From: Flaccisagitta enflata
Lineage: Eukaryota
Length of the DNA stretch: 64,000 bases
Direction: 5' to 3'
Assembly: GCA_965153355.1 (NCBI GenBank)
Contig: OZ231126.1
Coordinates: forward strand, 30,876,001 to 30,940,000
The position numbers were made by a program, and so were the translations under genes. A model generated the notes under the pieces. It worked only from the letters and a program-made list of their open reading frames with translations. It had not been told where the DNA came from and made no database searches. Of this stretch, positions 12,296 to 23,892 are shown in pieces. The number at the start of each line of letters is the position of its first letter. Position 1 is the stretch's first letter.

Positions 12296-14874
12296 TTATA
12301 ATAATTCATTTTCCTCCTCAGTTTCAGACTCAGTACTGGTGTCGTCGTCGTTATCTCTTCCGTAGATTTTTTCGGCGAGATTGTGTTTGATTGTGGGAAT
12401 GTCCATTAATGCTTGCATTGGAGGGTCATTGATCCTGAGATGGGCATCTTTTGCATTTTGTCTTGATCTATCTGAGGGGTTGTTGGCGTTGAGGATATTT
12501 CTGCCGTGAAACATGGTGATGTGACCTTTTCTCGCACATATTGAGCAGGAGATTTCACTTTTCTCAGGACAATCCTTTGCATTATGTGTCATGTCCATAC
12601 AGTGGAAACACATACGGGCCTTGTTCGCGATGGCGATTCTTTCTGGAAGTGAAAGGATGAGGAGGCGATTACAGAGCGTCGTCTTATGGAGACCTTGGCA
12701 GTAAGCACATATCTCTGTTTTTTCTTCTTTTCTTGGGGATTCTCTCAATCCTTGAGTAAAAGTCATAGGGCCATACTGCTGGCTGTTGTTAGCGACTTCT
12801 CTGGCTTCTGTCACATGAATCTTGACGACTTGGGTTTCTTGTTCCGGCAGTTGGGTGTTTATGAGGAGTCTAATACGAGTGTGAACGAAGTCAAGCAGCT
12901 TTTGATAGCCATCTCCGTCCTCATAATCCTCAAAGAATTTCTCGATGTAGTATGGAATTCTCGCGGCCATAATCTCGAGTAGGCTTGTCCTTCTGTTGAG
13001 CAGCTCCATTGAACTGACTGCTACTGCTGAACTTTCCGCTTCCAGCATATTCATGTACAAATCTTGATATGCTGTAAGGCTGTCCTTTACCACAACGCCA
13101 CCTTCTTTTAACCTTGCTAGCGCTTCGGCTGCTGAATCCACGTCTTGGCTGTAGATTGAGTCCAAGTGCGTTCTGACTTTGGCGTAAGCCACATGACCTT
13201 ATGGGTCATTTGCTGTCGGTTTTGCTGCGTTGATGGCTTTCCTTGCTGCTCCGGCGAACCAATGGCCCGCCAACTCTGTCACTTTTTCGTTGCCAGAAAT
13301 CCCTTTGACGCACCCAAAGGCTGAATCGAATGAATTCATGAGCATGTTATACTGTCCTTTCTTTTTGGGGTCATATTTTTGGAATGGCTCTTTTGGGCGC
13401 ACTCCTACAACGTTTCTTCTCACGGCGTTGATCTCAAGAGAGTGGATAAGTTTTGAGAAGTCGGGCTGGAATGCCGCCGGGGGTGCTGAAATCCGCGCCG
13501 GAAGTGCTGGAATCGGCGCCGGGGGTGCTGCGGGGAATGCCTGATCTCCCACGGTGTTAGGAAGTTTTTTGTTTTGGGAGTGGCGTCTTTTCTGACCACT
13601 TCCGGTTGGAATGGCAGCGTTGTTGGCGTCGTTTTCTATGGATAGGATGGCGTCGTCGTCATCTTCATCCGCAGATTCGTTAGCTTCATTGATTTCACGC
13701 CGGATTTTTTCTATTTTATTTATCATCTCATGATTCTTTGCTTGAATTGTTTTCACATTTTCTTGTTCTTCTCTTCTTCTCTTCTTCTCTTTTTCTCGCG
13801 CTGTTTTTGTCGCTGCATCTCTTGGATCGCCTCTAAGCTTTTCAACTCTTCGCGAAGTCTTTTATTTTCTGCTTCCTCTTTCCGCAGGATGTCGCTGTCG
13901 TACTCATTGTCTTTTTCTATTGCGGCTGCGTGAGATTCACCCGTGTTTTTGATATTGTTGACAGCGTCGATGTGATTGGCGTCATAGTCAGGCTGTTGTT
14001 GTTGTTGGTGGCCGACCCATTCTGCCACTTTCTTTTCACCATCTTTGCGCTTTTCCATTTCGGCTTCGTCGTCTGTCTCTGCGTTTTTTTCTTTTGCGCC
14101 ATCTTTTCCATTGTCCACTTTTCTTGCGTCACTTTTGGTTGGCGCGTCGGCGTTGTCGTGAGTCTTTGTTGGTTGTTCACTCTCTTTTACATTGTTGTTT
14201 TTAGCCCCAGCAGTCTCTCCACGATTTCCTAGATTGGCTGCCGATGGCGGATTATTCTTGTTTTTTCCGGGTGACATGACGCTGGAAATAAGTCCTTTTG
14301 CCGAATCTGACGCGCGTTGTGACCTTCGCCGCAGTGCATTCGAGAACTCTGACTGTGACGGTGGTGCGGCGGCGAATAACGGGTCTCCTTGATTATGCTC
14401 TGATAGGATGGCTTGGCGGGTGATAATGAACTTTTTAGTTATGTTGCTAACGCGACTGCCCGCTGTTCGCCGGTGGCGCTTCTCCCTTGCCGATTCGCCG
14501 GGGAACCAGTGGGTCGTGACGGCCTTGTGATATTCCCAGATTTTGTCAATCAGTTCTGATCTCATATCGTCTATGTCGATGAAGGCGTCTTCCGCATCTG
14601 CGTCGTTGTTCCCTCCATAAGTTTTGAGGGCGTCGTCGTGTTTTAGGGCGAAGAATCGAGCCATTATTTTCAACATCTCTGCGGCTGCTTTGGCTTCTCG
14701 AGAATTCTCGTCGTTGTCCGTGAAGTCTGCTGTCAGGACGGAAGCCACCGATCCGGATGAGCCCAGAGCGCCGGCCTCCACTGCTTGGACCAACGCGTTG
14801 AAGTCGGAGAATTTCCGGATTTTCGCCTCAAACGTCGCCTTTTCTTGAGCGGCTTCTTCTGCTGTTTTTGCCAT
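12296..14874 (-). pseudogene. gag: BEL/Pao gag (about 856 aa when repaired), with one frameshift and one in-frame stop
   Basis: ORFs 13753-14874, 13199-13756 and 12296-13192 join. An extra copy of the 8-bp unit GAGAAGAA near 13765-13790 explains the shift; TAA 13199-13201 is in frame. DUF1759-like block (F..YD...Y..LMNSF...EKV..L...AGAARKAI...Y....HLDSIY) and three knuckles CX2CX3HX4C, CX2CX4HX4C, CX2CX4HX4H. Confidence 0.9.
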
Positions 14875-15026
14875 GATAATTTACGTATAAGATCGATGGG
14901 ATGATGGGGATGACGATTAGCAGGTAGTCCTGTAATGGGTGGTTGTCTTTTGGACTGATGATAGAAGTAAGGTGTTTTTTTTTACGGGTTTGACTTTATC
15001 TATTTAGCCGATTGCAGCTGCGTCGG

Positions 15027-15192
<166 letters not shown>

Positions 15193-15732
15193 GGGAGACA
15201 GAAAGAGAGACAGACAGAGAGACAGAAGATGATGACTTGATGTATCGTTGGAATTGGATTTGGTAATGTCTCTGATGCGCGGAGGAAAATAGCAGTAAGA
15301 GGCCGTCAGATTTATTTGTTTGGGAATTCGACTTTTCTTCAATCATGTTTTGAGAGAAAGAGAACGAGGAAGAAGATGCAAGATATGAAAACAGAAATGA
15401 TGAGAAGGCTGCAGGAATTGGAGGAGGAGGAACCGAGGGAGAAGAGGGGGAAGTGCCGCTGTGTGTGAAAAGCCAGCTGTTTACAATACTCATTAAGTAT
15501 CGGTCCCTATTCTTTGCGTGGAATTGGATGTTAATGGCTTGTTGTTGATGATAGGAGGGAAATCAAGCAGGTGGTATAGTCCTACTATATTTTTCCCGAG
15601 TTGATTAGATGTGAATGAAAGGGGTGAATGAAAGGGGTGATGAGAGGGGTGGTAAAGGATGATGATGATGGTGGTGATGGTGATAATGAAAAAAATAATC
15701 CGGTTGTAAGAAATGCTGTGCAAGGCGGGCGA

Positions 15733-15854
<122 letters not shown>

Positions 15855-18800
15855 GCCAGCGTTCTTGAGACTAGGATGCCTTCATCTCCGAGTGACTGGA
15901 TTTTAGGATGACGAGGCAGGTCAGGAATAACGGTGATGATTTTTGCGATCTTGGTGATAATGGCTGAGAGTGGATGATTGTCTTCCGGGCTGATGATCGT
16001 AGTAAGATAGATGATTTTGACGGATTTGATTTTTTGATGATAGAATGACGGCGATGGCTTTTTTAACTAGATACGGACAAAGAAGAACGAACAGGTATTC
16101 CAATTGTCTTTTTCGTCTTGGCGTTAATGTTAGGGGGTGCATGTAGTGGGAAGAGGTGTAAAAAAGATGATAATGTTTTCTTGTCAGTGATGAGAGGAGG
16201 GATTGTTTTGACGCTATTGATCTCGATAACGAGATGACAGATATTGTTGGAGGATTAACGGGTCACGTCACGTCAAATGTTCAAATGTTGCTTTTTCTTG
16301 GGCCAGCTCTGTCTCGGTTTTCGCCACACCCTGTTAATTCCATCTGGTAAAAGATTTGCGGCAAAGACACCTTTCAAAACCACTTCCCCGTGTTCAGTTA
16401 TTGCATGAAGACTAACGATAAAATAGGGGCAAAAAAATTCCCTTACAAACTTTTCCTCCAACGCCCCATTTGTCATGGGTTGTAAGTACAGGCCACATGA
16501 AGCAATTTCCATAAGATAAGGTAACTTCTTAAGCTTATATCTCCTGAACGAATTGAGCAAATTACCTCAACTTGGGCTCATTTTAAAGAGCAAACAAAAC
16601 TCTTTAAAATGAGCCCAAGTTCAGATCATTTGCTCAATTCATCTAGGAGCAAGAGTCTTCCAAAGTTGATGTAATATTCAGAAAAATGGCAAAGACACAT
16701 ACTACTTTGAGAGTAGGCATCTCTTCAACATAATGAGCAAATGAACTCAACTTGGGCTCATTATAAAGAACAGACAGAGCTCTTTAAATTGTAAAATAAG
16801 TTAAGGTCATTTGCTCAATTCATTATTTTCAGAAAAATGGCTAAGACCATAACAACTTAAAGAGCTTGCATCTCTTAAACAAACAGAGCTTAAGACCTCA
16901 ACATGGGCTCATTTTAAAGAACAGACAGTGCTCTTAAAAATTAGCTCAAATTGAGGACATATGCTCAATTCATTTAGGAGCAACTGTCTTTCAATGTTTG
17001 TTATTTTCAGAAAATGCTAAGTTGCGTGCTGGTGGGCGGCAGCAGTAATGCAATAACCACCCATAAACGCCAAAAAGAAACAAAAAAAGTATAGCTTGAC
17101 CAATCGATGGATGGATAGATAGACAGATGGATGTATGGATGGACAAAGCAGGTTGGTTAGTCACGTGGACGCAATCAAAAAAATTTTGAAAGATTTTTAT
17201 GTGCGCCAACGCACATCAAAAAGAGACTTTGTCACTTGATCGGTTAGTTGGTTAGTCGTGATGGAAAGTTGATAGATGGGCAAATTTGCGAATTGCACCA
17301 ACTAGCCACTCATTGATGAGGCTGACAAAGCCTGATATGAGGTTATAAATGAATAATATGAGGTCTTAAACGCCTGATAAGAAGTTTGGGAGGCTTTTTT
17401 TAATTGTGGACAGGCAACCTTATGATCTTAAGGCTTTGTCTGTCAGTCTGTTGGTCCGTTGGTGTGGGGTCATCAAGTTGAAAAGTGGGATAACAAGTGT
17501 TTTAGATACAATTTGTGTATGTTTGTGTGTGTGGGATAGGGTTTGGGGTGTGGATGGGGGGTGTGGATGCCGCTGCCCACCTGTCCGCAACAAGATTATA
17601 ATCCCGCGTCACTTGTTTTAGTCCAAAAGACTGGCTTCTGGGTCTGAGAGGCTTGATTTTGGGTCTTGGAGGTCTGATTTGCAGTGTGAAAGGCCTGATT
17701 TGGGATCTGAAGGTCAAGATCTGTTGTCTGAGAGGCTAGATTTGAGGTCTTAGAGCTCTGATTTTAGGTAAGAAGGTCATGGAGGACCAGTTTGAAGCTG
17801 GGGGGGGGTATGTACAGAAAACCCATGAAATTAGGTGGAATCATCCTCGAGTTTCATCCTCTTCAACGTCACTGCCATCATGCTTTTTGGGCAGCGGCCC
17901 CAAAGGGCCAATGTCCTGTAGAACACAGGTGGGGAATTTTGAGACGTCCTTCCGTCCACCCCCCCCATGACCATCAAGGCCTCAAATTAGCCCTCCCAGG
18001 CCTTAGCCCTCTAGGCTTCAAATCAGCCCTCTTGCCTTGAAATTAGCCTCCCCCATGCCTCAAATCTGCCCTCCAGACCTCAAATCTGCCCTCCAGACCT
18101 TCAATCAGCCCTCCATGCATCAAATTCACCCCTGTGTTTTACAGGACATCAGCCTTTTAGGGCCACTGCCCTGCTCTTACTCCACTGGATCACTCCCAGC
18201 AGGGCATCGGGTACCGCTGACCATGTGCGATCCTTGGATGATTAGTTCCTTTCCATTTCTGTATTATGCGGCAGACTAAGTGATAAGCTTTTAGGGCAGT
18301 GACCCCAAAGGGCCGATGTCCTGTAGGACATGGGTGAATTTCCCGATGTCCATCCATCTGTCCGTACATACATCCCCCTTCTAAGACCCATATTAACCCT
18401 CTGAGACCCTATAATAGCCCTCTCAGGCTTACAATCAGTCCTCTCAGGCCCAAAACTCAGCTTTCTCAGGCCTAAAATCAGCCATCTCAGGTCCAAAATT
18501 AGCTCTCACAAGCCAAAAATCAGTCCTTTCAAACTTAAAATCTGACCACTTAGGTCTCAATCCAGCCCTCAAAGTAACCATCTCAGGTCTATATCTGCCC
18601 TCATCCCTGATCTCATTTGAGCCCGTAAACCCCCTAAATCAGCCCCTACATGCCTCATTACTGTGCTCCAATCAAACATTCAGCTTTTAAACGTGCTTTC
18701 TCAGGACTATAGAAATTCACCCCTGTGTCCTACAGGACATTAGCCCTTTGGGGCTGCTACCCTGCTCTCACTTCACTTCTTCAGCAAATCACTCCGAGCA

Positions 18801-18952
18801 GGGCATGGGGCACCGCTGACCATGTGTGAACCTTGGATGACTATCTTAGAATTGGTTCCTTCTCAGTGAGAGGTTAAACAAATGGTAATGGCAGCAGTCC
18901 TGAAGGGGCCAATGACCTATTGTTCCACACATTTTTTCTGGTTTTCTGTATA

Positions 18953-19307
18953 CAGTTAAACCCTGCTCTAACGGATTTCAAGGGACTAACATATTTTATA
19001 TATTTTAGATAGAATTTTGTTGGAGCTAATATAGAAAATTAGAGAAAACAAGTTGAAGGGTCTGTGAATTTGTATCCATCATAGGCGGAATTCGGTTGGC
19101 ACAGTTAAACCCCGCTATAACGGATCCAAGAGTAATAAAAATCCGCCTTTAAAAGATTTTAAAAATTTAGTCCCTAATGTCAATTTCTTTTCATTTATAT
19201 ATTGTAATAAAGGAAATCCGGCTTTAGTGAATAAAATTTGTTGGTCCCTTGACATCCGTTATTACAGGATTTAACTGTAGTGGGTCCGTTAGATCGGGCT
19301 TCAACTG
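18953..19307. mobile_element. Tc1/mariner (pogo/Tigger-like) MITE containing a related MITE at 19102-19277
   Basis: TIR CAGTT(A/G)AACCC.GCT.TAACGGA, TA flanks; relatives at 50111-50287 and 61369-61545. Confidence 0.8.
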
Positions 19308-19680
19308 TATACCCCCAGCCTCAATCCAGGCCTCTCAGACCCCAAATCAGGCCCCTCAAACCACAAACCTGGCCCCTTGATTTCCAAATCAGGCCTTTCT
19401 CACCGCAAATCAGACTTCAGGACCCCAAATCAAGCTAAAAATCAGGTCTTTTGGACTAAACAAGGCCGGATACGCAGATACCCTAGTCGCGTGCATGTGG
19501 GATGGGGCAGTGATGAAGGTCACTGGGGCATTTGGGCAGGAGCAGTGAGCTTAAAATACCCAAAAACGCCAAAAAAGTAACAAGTCAGCAGTAACCAATG
19601 CCCTGCTCACTGCTTGGAGTGATCAGCTGATGAAGTGAAGTGAGAGCAGGGCAGCGGCCCCAAAGAGCTGATGTCCTGTA

Positions 19681-20119
19681 CAGTACCATAGGAGCAATGA
19701 GAACCTCAGATGGAGGGTCATTTCCTGCTTCACTATTCTAATGAAGTAGCTTCAATTATGGTTTTTCTGAAAGCTGATGAGCAAGAGCTTTGAGTGAATA
19801 TAGTTTTATTCCTCTAGCTCTAACTGTTGACCAAAAAGAAAAAAAGTGCAGCACCACTCGGGATTTGAACCTGTGACACTGAAGAGGGAGAAATTATCTT
19901 TCTCAAGTTCATCACTCTATCAATAGAGCTATCACGCCACATGCAATTTGAAGACATCAATTGGCGGTTTTGTTATGAATCACTTGGTTTGGAATTTTGT
20001 GTTCACTCAATACCTTGGACCATCAGCTTTCAGAAAAACCAAAGCTTTAGGTTCTTCCTTTAAACAGTGAGAATATAGAGGGCCCTCTTTCTACTGCTCT
20101 TATTGCTCCCATCGTACTG
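19681..20119. mobile_element. Tc1/mariner-type MITE carrying a tRNA-like segment
   Basis: TIR CAGTAC.AT.GGAGCAAT.AGA; TA TSD; removal restores the family B motif GTCCTGTAGGACA. Confidence 0.78.
19850..19937 (-). other. Degenerate tRNA-derived (SINE-head-like) sequence
   Basis: A-box-like TAGCTCTATTGATAGAG and B-box GGTTCAAATCC; no intact cloverleaf. Confidence 0.5.
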
Positions 20120-20407
20120 TAGGACATAGGTGAATTTCCTCACGTCCATCCATCCTGAGAGATCAGATCTTAGGCTTGCGAGGGCAAATTTGAGGCCTCA
20201 TAGGACATAATTCAGGCCAGAGAGGGCTGAATACAGGCCTGGGAGGGCTTACATAGAGTCTGGGAGGGCTAATTTGGGGCTAAAGAGGGTTGATTTTGGG
20301 TGTAAGAAGGCTGGTTTTAGATCTGAGAGAGCCAATTTTGGACCCAAGAGAGGTGATTTTAAATATGAGAGGGTTGATATGAGTCTCTTAGGACTGATTT
20401 CAGACCT

Positions 20408-21120
20408 GAACAGGTCGCCCAAGGGCAATATGTGGTCAGCAATACCCGTTGCCCTGCTTTGAGTGATTGTGAATTTGAGTGAGGGGAAGCAAGGCAGCGG
20501 CCCCGAAGGAGATGAAGTCTTGTAGAACACAGGGGAACTTTCGTTCATCCTGCCTGAAGAAGTGGATGAGATGCTATAGAGGGCTGACTGAAGGCCTTCA
20601 AAAGCCTGAGAATGCTAATCTAAAGCTTCGGAGGGCCGACTTGAGGCTGAAGAGAGCTAGATTTAGGCTTGAAAGGTCGGAGGATTGATTTGAAGCCTGA
20701 GAGCAATAAATTGAGGCTTAGATGGCTAATTTGAGGCCTTAAAGGCCTAGTTTGAGGCCTGAGAGGCCAGGTTTGAGGCCTGAGAATTTGGATTTGAGGC
20801 CTGAGAAGCCTAATTTGAGGCCTGAGAAGCCTAATTTGAGGCCTGAGAGGCCAAGTTTGAGGCCTGAGAGATTGGATTTGAGGCCTGGGAGGCAGGATTT
20901 GAGGCCTGAGAGGCTGGATTTGAGGCCTAAGAGGCTGGATTTGAGGCCTGATAGGCTGAATTTGAGGCCTGAGAGGCCAGATTTTAGGTCACAGAGGCCA
21001 GATTTTAGGTCACCAAGGCCAGATTTCAGGCCCTATGAGGGGGGGACGAATGGACAAACGAACGAACGGACGAACAAAAGTCCCCCTGTGTTCTACAGGA
21101 CTTCCTCCCCTTAGGGGCCC
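20408..21120 (-). mobile_element. HINE-like family B with 21-bp tandem array
   Basis: Inverted GCAGCGGCCCC/GTAGAACACAGGGG blocks around (TTTGAGGCCTGAGAGGCTGGA)n. Confidence 0.7.
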
Positions 21121-22527
21121 AGAAAGCCAGATTTGGGCTGGAAAGGCATCAGGGGGGGGGGCGTACATAGGGATGGACAGACAGACAGACTGAAAATAAA
21201 AGCTTCCATGATTTTGAGCATCATTGCATATTTCTGAAAATAACATCAACTTTAAAAGATGGTTGCTCCTAAACAAATAGAGCAAATTATCTCAATTTGA
21301 ACTCATTTTAATGCCCAAGTTGAGGTCTTTAGCTCTATTTGTTTGAGAGATACACGCTCTTTAAGTTGTACTTGAGCTCGTTTTCTAAAGCTTTGTCAGC
21401 TCTTTAAAAGAAGCCCAAGTTTAGATCATTTGCTCAATTTGTCTCAGAGATACAAACTCTCAAACTGTAGCAAGGGTTTTTGCCATTTTTCTGAAAATAA
21501 CATCAACTTTGGAAGACTGTTGCTCCTAAACGAATGGAGCAAATGACCTCAATTTGGGCTCATTTTAAAGAGCAGACAAACTTCTTTAAAATGAGCCCAA
21601 ATTGAGGTCATTTGCTCATTTCGTTTAGGAGATAAAGGCTTTAGAAGTTACCTTATCTAGTGGAAATTGCATTATGTGGCCTGTACTTACAACCTATGAC
21701 AAAAGGGGTTTTGGAAGAAAAGTTTGTAAGCGAATTTTTTTGCCCGTATTTTATCGGAAATCTCCACGCAGTTACTGAGCATGGGGAAGTGGTTGTGAAA
21801 GGTGTCTTTGCCGTAAATCTTTTACCAGATGGATTAACAGGGTGGCCATGGTGATTGATGTGGTATGCGGACAAGGATGGTGAGAATGATGAATAGCGGG
21901 TATTCCCACTGTCGATGACGGTAGGGTGAATGTGAATGTGAATGTGAATGTTTTTTCTTCTGAGGGTAGGGGGATGATTTTTGGATTCTTTAGATGATGA
22001 GTATGAGGATTAGCGGGTATTCCCACTGTTGGTGATAACGGGCTGATTTGGTGATGTAGGGGGTGAATGTTTCTGGCTGGGGGTCGGGGGATGATATTTG
22101 GAGTAGACTGAGTTTGTTGGATTTTGTCTTTGGATGAATTGGGCGCGATGAACAACCGGTAGTCCTATTGTTTCCACGACCAGGAGGATGGCTGAAGACG
22201 TTTTTGTTGGCTGTTTGTTGCTTTTGTTTTTGAGGAAGCTGTAGATGTGCGAGCAGGAAGGGATAATGATGAGGATGGGAAGTTGGGCTTTTCTTTCACC
22301 GTAAGTTGACGGAAGGAGGAGGGATGGTCGGGAGGATGAGGATGAGGATGATGAGGATGGGAGGTTGAAGTTTTCTTTCACCGTAATTGATGGCGGAAGA
22401 AGGGATGGTTGTGCGACTTTGAGGGTTGAAGAAGAGGTGAGCGACTTTGGCGGGAAGATGGAGGTCTCGGATGGGAAGTCGGGAACTTGGATGGGAAGGC
22501 GGTAGACTTGAGCTTTAGGGAACTGAG

Positions 22528-22539
22528 GAACTTTGTGAT
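22528..22539 (-). promoter_or_regulatory. Atypical primer-binding site, complementary to LTR 22675-22686
   Basis: Minus strand ATCACAAAGTTC directly follows the LTR end TGACA; no TGG; perfect 12-bp inverted match inside the LTR. Confidence 0.65.
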
Positions 22540-23277
22540 TGTCAGCGTTTGCCACGAGTCTCAGTTTCTCCAAGCAGCTGTGAGTCTTTAATAGAAGTGT
22601 TTTTCCAGAGTTCTGATGCGGAACCTTCTTTTGATCCAATCTAGAATGGAAGAGGCGCATTGAAGATTGTAGAGATCACAAAGTTCTGAATGGGAAGGAA
22701 AAAGGAGAAAGGAGAAGAGGGGGGGCGCTAATTACGGCGGGCATTATGTTAAAAGGGGCCGGTCCATGTCAATATAAGAATGCCCTATACCTGAGGATCC
22801 GTAGAATGATGGTTTCTGGATGGGGGATGACGGAAGGGAGGATAATGCGCACAACATGGATTCAAGGAAAGTCAATTAGATATGAAAAGAGCTTGCTCGC
22901 TTATCTAGGGGAAAAAAGGAGAAATCATGATCTAAACACTGATATATACAGTAAAGGCAATGAGAGAAAAGGCACAGGAAAAATGAGTCCACATTTGAGT
23001 CTTTGGAAGATGGCTGAGTCCGGGGATGGATGATGGAGGAGGAGGATGAGGCCGGGGATCGAGCCAGAGGATGGCGGAGGAGGATGAGGAGGAGGATGAA
23101 GATGAGGACGGGGATTGGGCCGAGGAAGGAGGAAGAGGATGAGGACCGAGCTGGAGGAGGAGGAAGAGGACGGATGAGGAGGATGCGGCGAGGAGGAGGA
23201 TGAGGAGGAGGATGATGAAGAATGGCGGAGGCGGACCTGGAGAGATATACACATGATACACGTGCTGTTTAGTGACA
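22540..23277 (-). repeat. 5' LTR (738 bp)
   Basis: TG...CA termini; upstream of gag on the minus strand; ATTAAA polyA-like signal at 22587-22592. Confidence 0.93.
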
Positions 23278-23339
23278 GCGTGATAAGTTTGAGGTGAATA
23301 GATAAATCCAGGATTTAAAATCGTTAAAAGTGAAGTTTT

Positions 23340-23357
23340 AGGGAAAATATTTGCAAC

Positions 23358-23389
<32 letters not shown>

Positions 23390-23417
23390 TTGTTGTTGCT
23401 GTTGCTGTTGCTGTTGC

Positions 23418-23469
<52 letters not shown>

Positions 23470-23515
23470 GGTTAGTAGTGAAGTTTATGGCAAAAGTTTT
23501 GCCATGCTTCTGTTT

Positions 23516-23578
<63 letters not shown>

Positions 23579-23618
23579 GTTAGCAGTGAAGTTTATGGCG
23601 AAAGTTTTGCCGTGCTTC

Positions 23619-23670
<52 letters not shown>
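23340..23670. repeat. (TTG)n microsatellite with a duplicated ~40-bp spacer
   Basis: GTTAG.AGTGAAGTTTATGGC.AAAGTTTTGCC.TGCTTCTG at about 23470 and 23579 between TTG runs. Confidence 0.85.
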
Positions 23671-23675
<5 letters not shown>

Positions 23676-23713
23676 CTTGAAAGGTAGTTGCGGGAGAAGT
23701 AGTGTCGATCATA

Positions 23714-23753
<40 letters not shown>

Positions 23754-23817
23754 GTTACATTGCACGAAGTAAACAATGACATAGTCGAAACCATGTCATT
23801 GTTTTTTTCGTGCAAAG

Positions 23818-23892
<75 letters not shown>

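Larger units (their letters stand above)
16327..21844. mobile_element. Foldback DNA element with CAC...GTG termini and 4-bp TSD (Chapaev/CMC-like), non-autonomous
   Basis: About 600-700 bp imperfect TIRs starting CACCCTGTTAAT, with internal palindromic subrepeats; TSD GCCA (16323-16326, 21845-21848). Confidence 0.82.

Noticed and set aside
13190-13800. Programmed -1 frameshift or stop readthrough between the three gag ORFs
   Set aside because: No canonical X XXY YYZ heptamer. One extra 8-bp GAGAAGAA unit explains the shift, and TAA-GGT is not a typical readthrough context; mutation or sequencing error is simpler.
23324-23815. Poly-Q ORF
   Set aside because: Translation of (CAA)n inside a non-autonomous hAT element; no splice or domain support.
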